Assembly (NCBI RefSeq): GCF_035084215.1
Contig: NC_090337.1
Coordinates: forward strand, 49,290,001 to 49,354,000
DNA: 64,000 nt
Direction: 5' to 3'
DNA from: Heptranchias perlo
Taxonomy: Eukaryota
Of this stretch, positions 60,200-64,000 are shown in pieces. A program made the translations under genes and the position numbers. Numbering within the stretch: the stretch's first letter is position 1; the number at the start of each line of letters is the position of its first letter. Below the pieces are notes generated by a model. That model saw nothing but the letters and a program-made list of their open reading frames with translations. It did not search any database and was not told where the DNA came from.

Positions 60200-62705
60200 T
60201 GATAAATAACTGTGCATCGTTCCAGAATAAGAACAACCGGTACAGGAGAGACTGGCTACATTTAAATCAAATAGGGACAAAAAGACTTGCGAGGAACATT
60301 GAGACAGCAATGGAAAATCATTTGAACTCGACAGGTGAGTGGGAAGAGGGCAGGGAGGAAACTGGATCCTGAACAAGACAGGTCGTAGGGGAGAAGCCAG
60401 TCTCAGATAGGTATGGACACAAATACCCAGAAAGACACAAGAACCAGGAGTAGGCAGGCATGGGTGCAAGTGAGAAGCCACAAGGGTAATACTCACCTTG
60501 ATCTGGCATTCGTAAATAACACTGGAACTGTAAGTTATAGCAGCCCAGGGAAACAGCAACCACCGAATGATAAATTTTAACTTGACCTGGGAGTAAGAAG
60601 CACCTAGGACCAGGAGCAAGGTTCGTGATTTTAAAAGGGCTGAATTCACTGAACTGAGGGAACAACTAAAGCAAATAGACTGGGGGAGTTGTTCAATAAC
60701 ACTTCAGCAAAAGGTGAATAGAACACCTCTAAAGGTATCATGCTGAGCATGCAGGATAAATACATTCCGAAAACCCACTAGTTCAGATTAAACAAACGTG
60801 ACCCTAAATGGAGCAGCAAACAAATTAAAAATGAGATCAATAGGAAAAGTGATGTGTACAAATCCTGCAGGGAGAAAGGGGAAGGGTCCCACTGGGATGA
60901 ATACAAGAAATTGCAGATAACTAGCTGATCAGAGCAGCAAAAAAGTACAGAACTAGGAAAAAAAAAGCATAGAAGCTGAGGCTGTGGTAAATATAATGGT
61001 TAAAAAACAATTCTTTCAATATCACAACAGCAAAGGGAAGTAAGAGAAGAGGTGAAATCCATAAAAAATGCAAACATGTTTGAAACTGAGGAGGAGCACA
61101 AAATAGTAAATATTCTGATTGATTACTTCTTCCGAGTATTCGCAAGGGAAGACTTAAGCAATATGCCCTCCCCAAATGAAGATATCCCAAGAAAAATCAA
61201 GAAGTTAGATATAAATGAGATGGAAGTCCTAGACAGGCTAATCGGATAAAAAACAAATAAATCCTCAATGATGGATGGTATTTATCCCAGTGCTGAAGGA
61301 GACCAGGGAAGAAATTTGTGAAGCATTGGTAATCATTATGAGGGAGTCATTGGACACTGAGGCAGTAGCAGAAGATTGTAAATAGGGTAATATGGTGCTT
61401 ATATTCAAAGAAAATTACGAAATAGACATAGGCAAACACAGACTCATTAGTCTTCCATTTAATGTAAAATAATGGCGTTCATTATCTGGAATAAACTTGA
61501 GGGCCATCTGTACAACAACAATCTAGTAAATAGCAGTTAACATGGATTTGGAAGAGGAAGATCCTGTCTGACCAATCTCTTAAGCTTCTTTGAGGAAGTG
61601 ACAATCCAAATGAGTTGTGGTAAGCCCTGTGACGTTGTGTAGCTGGACTCCCAACAGGCTTTTGACATATTTTCACACAACAAGCTATTAATTATACTCA
61701 AAGGTGTGGGGATCCAGGGGATACCCTGGAAATAGATAAGAAACTAGTTGAAGGGTAGGAAACAACAAGTACACGTTAGAGGAGTTATGTCGGAGTTGGG
61801 GGTAGTACTCAGTGAGGTGCCATGGGGCTAGATGCTGGGACCATTACCTAGATATCTACCCAGAGTAGTTCATTTTTTTTCTAATTTACCTCAATGACCT
61901 GGATTCAGAAACTCAATGCAAAGTGGTCGAATTTTCAGATGGTACCAAACTAGGAGGAGCAGTGAAATCAGATGAGGCAGTTTCAGAAACTACAGATTGA
62001 GTTGGACAAGACACCTAAGCGGACAGAACAATGGCATTTGAAATTTAATGCAAGCAAATGTAAAATGCTACACAGAGGAAGAAAATATAGCCAACATGTG
62101 TACTCTGTGAATAGTGCTGATATAACTATGGATGTAGTTGAAAGAGACCTAGGAGTCTTAATAGACTTGACACTAAGCATGTACAACCAATACAGGGCAG
62201 CAATGAACAAAGCCAATAGGATGTTGCAATACATTGACTCCTCTGACTTATATTCTACTGTTTTGGCTATGATCAAACTTTACAGTGCTCTGTCAGACCA
62301 CACCAGGGGTCAGGGGTCTGCGTTATGAGAAAAGACTGGAAACTCTTGGGCTTTCAGCCTGGCAAGGAGACTTCTGAGAGGTGATCTTATAGAGGTAGAT
62401 AAGATTAAAAATATGAAAAAAAATTAACCTGGAATATTACTTTAAATGAAACAGCGAGAATAAAACAAGGGGACACAGGTTCAAACTAAAGAGTAGTTTT
62501 AGGACAGATATCTGGAAATTCTTCTTCACACAGAGTGATTAACATGGGGAACAAACTTCCAGATCGAGTAGTGGAGGCAAAAGCCCTAGAATCATTTAAG
62601 AAACAACTGGATGCTACACTGGGGGAGAGGAGGCGTTGAGATCTCTCTGGATGCCTGAATCAAATGGGCCGAGTGGACTTCCTCTTTGTAATTATCTTGT
62701 GATCT
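60200..62705 (+). mobile_element. Heavily degraded long CR1 ORF2
   Basis: gagactggcta (ETWL), gatcctgtctgaccaatct (SCLTNL), ORF 61972-62328, and 3' end gggccgagtggacttcctc. Confidence 0.8.
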
Positions 62706-64000
62706 TATAATTAGAGGCAGTAACACCCAGCTGAATGAGAGAGCACCAAGCAAAAAGGAAACGGGCCCATAAACATACACTTGGTGATACAGGCTAACTT
62801 TTAACGATTTCTGTTATGTGATTTTTTTTTTGCAAGGCTAGTTTAGTTGTAAAAGCTGTTTATCCAGTATATAGAACAAAGCAAAAGGTCATGTAATTTA
62901 TGTGACCTACTAAAAATGCTTTCACAATCAAAGTACAGCTGTTCATTGATGCAAAACACTCTTTCAGATATGACATTATTGTTGCATGCATCCAAAATAG
63001 AGACACACTTTCATGGCTATAAATGATACCTTCTCAGTCTCCTCACAACAGCATTTTAAAAGGCCAACTGTCACAGTACTGTCACAGAACCAATTACAAA
63101 ATAACAGTGACATTTAATACACATCCTCTATTCTTAAACATTGAACGCCATGTAGATTAGATTCAGCAACTATAGTGATAGGGTACTGGAGTGGGTTACA
63201 GCACTATTCTCTTACCTCTGTTACCCTGGTATGAATCCATCACAGAAAGATGAGGTGCACTTTTTCTGATGGTTATTAATGGTGCATTCACACAACAAGT
63301 ATAGTGTCAGGGTGAAGCTAAAACTGCTTTGCACTAATGCTAAATTTGTGGAATGTAAATCAGGTGTCAAGGCCCAAACTGACTCCAAAGTGGAGAAGAG
63401 TGAGACATCCTCCTCCAGGGAGTCTTCGTTATCTTTGTTCCAGTGTCAGATCACGACTAGACTCCAGATTCAAGCTGCTTTTACACAATGACCGCCACCT
63501 TGGTGCAAAAGTGAAACTGCTTCTCATCAACACTATAATTGTAGTCTGAATGCACTCCAAAACAACATGAGTTTGTTGAATTCCCAGTTCCTACATCCCA
63601 AAGCAGTCAAACTTCAAAATGAATATTAACCTTATACTTTGCTATTATTTCAGGTTTGACAGAAATAATTCTTTTGTGCTTGTGGTCATTTTTTTCCCTA
63701 AGTTATGTAGCATTATTGCTGAATTACTGATGTGCAGAACATGTTTTAATGAGCTATTTCAAGCTTATGAACAGCCTTGAAGCAATGATTGATTGTTCTG
63801 AAATCAGCCAAGTTCATCTAACCCAAAACTAGTAGCAGATAAAAATGTTGCTCCCATCTTTAGCTCAGTGGCAATGTCAAAACTGGGCTGATTGACAGCT
63901 GACTTTTCTTTTCTGTATTTCCATATCATCATTGAAGTAAAACTGGAACCAAGGAATCCCTGCAGCGAGGCAAAGATTTCAGATATTCATGAGAGTGTGT

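Overview
Repeat-rich vertebrate intronic DNA, most likely from a cartilaginous fish (shark-type CR1 LINEs, Deu/SacSINE1-like and AmnSINE2-like SINEs, Penelope remnants; the taxon is inferred). The only host coding sequence found is one 123-bp exon at 34600-34722 (+) that translates as calsyntenin-2 (CLSTN2, cadherin domain 1), so the window is probably introns 1 and 2 of CLSTN2. Roughly half of the window is transposon-derived: many CR1 copies of different ages and a rich PIF/Harbinger community. That community includes two decayed two-gene elements (HARBI1-like DDE transposase plus a convergent, intron-containing Myb/SANT-like gene), deletion derivatives and MITEs, with 3-bp TSDs (ATT/AAT/ACT/CAT) and deep nesting. 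Notable oddities: a ~150-bp CpG-undepleted segment forming an exact ATG-to-TAG 49-codon ORF that replaces the body of a SINE (6225-6374); minimal hammerhead ribozyme motifs in Penelope remnants; a Harbinger family carrying a captured CR1 3' end; and several locally templated inverted copies at insertion junctions. Most long ORFs in the supplied track are transposon-derived or antisense shadows. All calls come from reading the sequence by eye; no database search was run.
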